This document shows, piece after piece, positions 61,593-64,000 of a stretch of DNA of 64,000 bases. Position 1 is the first letter of the stretch; each line of letters opens with the position of its first letter. The translations under genes and the position numbers were made by a program. Below the pieces are notes generated by a model. That model saw nothing but the letters and a program-made list of their open reading frames with translations. It did not search any database and had not been told where the DNA came from. Where the stretch lies: assembly GCA_946965045.2 (NCBI GenBank), contig OX337236.1, positions 2,666,001-2,730,000 of the forward strand. Direction: 5' to 3'. Source of the DNA: Epithemia pelagica (lineage: Eukaryota; Protista; Bacillariophyta).

Positions 61593-62125
61593 TCTTGGAG
61601 TCTTCTTCTTCTTCTTCTTCTTTTTAGGTTATTGCCGTTGTTGTTGTTAGTCTGCCACTGCTGCGGCGAGAGTCTTGTTTACCCACCAAGATCCGTCGAT
61701 TCCCTATGTAGTCGGTAGAACGGTTGGTTCCTCCTTCATCTCATTCGTTGTGTAAGGTTCGTATCATGCTTGTGGTTGTTCGTTTGTGTTGGTTCAACAT
61801 TCTCCGCCGAAAGACAAAAGAAGCTGCCAAAGAACATGACGTGTTTTGTGGATGGGGGATGGGGGCGGGTTGGATCGCGCGACGGGACTCCGCGATTTAC
61901 TACTTGTAGGTGTTGACTCCTGGAAATATAATGATCATGTTTAGAAAAGAAATTCATTGACCGGATGGGGAGTGTACGGATCGCCTTTGCGAGCCAAAAA
62001 GATACCCCCAAGTAGGGGTGAGTGGTCGGGTCGCATGTGTGTCGTGCTTTTGGTGTGCAAACTGTTACTCACCCCCGCTAGGGGGTAGCCAAAAAGAGTT
62101 TGAGGACACCACCACCGTGACCATC

Positions 62126-63628
62126 ATGTCATTCCACTCATCAAGGAGCAGTACTATGGCCATTGTCCGGTCGTTTCTCGTGGTGCCAGCCAGGAAACAG
62201 ACCAAGATTCTGTTGTATAGTGGTCTATTGGCATTGTTTGTGTCGTACCAGGTTCTTTTATTTGATAGAACACAACGACTTCATCAAGACATTTTGATAT
62301 CCGCCGAGTTCGAATCCACTACTCCATCGAAAGCCGTTCACTTCTCCTCTTCGGACAGAGAAAGAACTAGTCCTGCTGAACTGTTGGCCAACAGCCAATC
62401 CATTCGAGATCGAATTCGACCCTTATTTTCTTCCCACACTTGGCGGCAGCAGCACTCGGTGGATAGCTCATCCGATTTTGTTGTGGTTCCAGTGTTTGAA
62501 CACAACTCGACAGACAGTCCATACTTTGAGGTACCCTTTGTCACGGACAACCGTCATTTACCAACGGAGAATGACAACGACAAGATTTATACCATCACAG
62601 CCTTTACCCAAGTCAGTGTTAACAAATTGCCCAGAGTCAAGAACATTGTCCGACGATGGAGGGCACCGGTCAGCTGTGCCGTCTACCTGTCGACTGAGCA
62701 GGATATGGAAACCCTTATCGACTTTTTGGAGCAGCAGCAACAACATCTAGAGGACGGTATGTGGTGGACAAACTTTGTAGCATTTCACGTCATGGTGGAG
62801 CCTCTTGTTGTTGTTCCGAATCCTGACCATACGACAAACAACGAGAACACAAGTAAACCGTACCCTGTTAACATTCTTCGATCCTTGGCCCTCAAACACG
62901 TACAGACGGATTATGTATTCCTGCTGGATGTTGACTTTGTTCCAAGCGTGGGTGCACATGATCGAATCGCACGTATAATGGAATCCATGGAACACAAAGA
63001 GAAGCAGCAGCAGCAGGCCCAAAGCAACAACACAAACAACAAGGACGTGAATCAACATGCAAAAACCATGTATATTTTGCCAGCTTTTGAACAGTTTCCG
63101 GAAAATGGCACCGATGTCGTAAATAATGTATCAAGTGTACCCTCGACAAAGAAGGAGCTTTTTCGTGCCGTAAACCAAAAACGAGTGGAAAGATTCCACA
63201 AAAATAGGGGATGCCACCATTTCATCAACTACACGAAATGGTTTTCTCTGACCAACACATCAACGGAAAATCAAGAAAGACAGTCGTATCATCATCATCT
63301 CTATTGGGTGAAGTACCGAAATATACACTTCGAACCTTATGTGGTTGCACGAAAAGACTGCTTGCCACTCTTTTTCCCTGAATATCGTGGATTTGGGTTC
63401 AACAAGGCATCTTGGTTCGTGGAATGTGTGTTGCGGGACTTCAAGTTCCGAGTACTTCCCGATGACTTTGTGGTTCACATGAATCATCCCTATGGCAGAG
63501 GACGTTTCGCCGGTAAGCTGGGTTTCTACAACCAAAAATTTTTGCAGTATCTCAAGAAGGTGTATGGGCCTGAAAAGTTTGAACTCTTCATTTCGCCTGT
63601 CAACCGCGGGTGGATTATCTTGCAATAG
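62126..63628 (+). CDS. Glycosyltransferase family 49 (LARGE/B4GAT1-like glucuronyltransferase domain), type II membrane protein
   Basis: TM segment ILLYSGLLALFVSYQVLLF; ITAFTQVSVNKLPRVKNIVRRWRAPVSCAVY; YPVNILRSLAL...TDYVFLLDVDFVPS; FEPYVV; EYRGFGFNKASW. Confidence 0.9.
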   Translation: MSFHSSRSSTMAIVRSFLVVPARKQTKILLYSGLLALFVSYQVLLFDRTQRLHQDILISAEFESTTPSKAVHFSSSDRERTSPAELLANSQSIRDRIRPLFSSHTWRQQHSVDSSSDFVVVPVFEHNSTDSPYFEVPFVTDNRHLPTENDNDKIYTITAFTQVSVNKLPRVKNIVRRWRAPVSCAVYLSTEQDMETLIDFLEQQQQHLEDGMWWTNFVAFHVMVEPLVVVPNPDHTTNNENTSKPYPVNILRSLALKHVQTDYVFLLDVDFVPSVGAHDRIARIMESMEHKEKQQQQAQSNNTNNKDVNQHAKTMYILPAFEQFPENGTDVVNNVSSVPSTKKELFRAVNQKRVERFHKNRGCHHFINYTKWFSLTNTSTENQERQSYHHHLYWVKYRNIHFEPYVVARKDCLPLFFPEYRGFGFNKASWFVECVLRDFKFRVLPDDFVVHMNHPYGRGRFAGKLGFYNQKFLQYLKKVYGPEKFELFISPVNRGWIILQ

Positions 63629-63687
63629 TGTAAACATGTAAAGGGTAAATACCCACAAAGATATACCGCATCATATCCTCGCCGCAA

Positions 63688-63760
63688 AACCACAACAACA
63701 ACAACAACAACAAAAAGAGCCACCACAACAACAACTCCTACACCAACAACCACTGCTACA
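63688..63760. repeat. (CAA)n-rich microsatellite
   Basis: accacaacaacaacaacaacaacaaaaagagccaccacaacaacaac. Confidence 0.6.
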
Positions 63761-64000
63761 ACAAGTGTCTCTTTTGCGACAACACCACACGGCCTCTAGG
63801 GTTCTTCCGTTTGGAGGTTGGTTTGCCTCGCTAGCTAGGTACTTTTGAAACAGAAAAGTTCTTGCCAGTTCAGTAGTGTGTACATCTCTATACTCGAGTA
63901 TTGTAGTATCTACACCAGCACACACGGTAGCAATGCTCTATCCTTGTTGGTCCTGCCAAGGCACCGCCAACCCTGGTTTCAAACTAGACATGGACATGAA

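Overview
Eukaryotic genomic DNA, most likely from a pennate diatom (inferred from short GT-AG introns, a bipartite plastid-type presequence, poly-Q/T/N low-complexity proteins and Ser/Pro-rich secreted giants). 1-23.3 kb: two tandem, head-to-tail minus-strand paralogs encoding giant secreted mucin-like proteins. They consist of (SPSS)n linkers alternating with a repeated Cys-bracketed domain plus beta-rich domain module. The complete copy is a single 4690-aa ORF; the second starts at 7110, runs off the left edge and is missing from the ORF track. 25.7-34.9 kb: TPR protein, spliced GT90/CAP10 glycosyltransferase, spliced Eps15-like EH-domain protein. 35.2-45.8 kb: an accessory island with (i) a decayed gene interrupted by a 517-bp captured copy of the eIF5A promoter + exon 1 bounded by a 12-bp direct repeat, (ii) a putatively myristoylated HNH-like ORF, and (iii) a 6.1-kb DNA transposon with CAC-initiated 25-bp TIRs. 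The transposon encodes a RAG1/Transib-like DDE transposase (one frameshift) and a convergently transcribed second gene that does not look like RAG2; this ProtoRAG-like layout is the most novel-looking system in the window. 46-64 kb: eIF5A, a Pumilio/PUF protein, a 288-bp TA-flanked MITE, a GT92 glycosyltransferase, a WD40 protein, a plastid-targeted membrane protein and a GT49 (LARGE-like) glycosyltransferase. All family assignments come from motif recognition by eye; no database searches were run.
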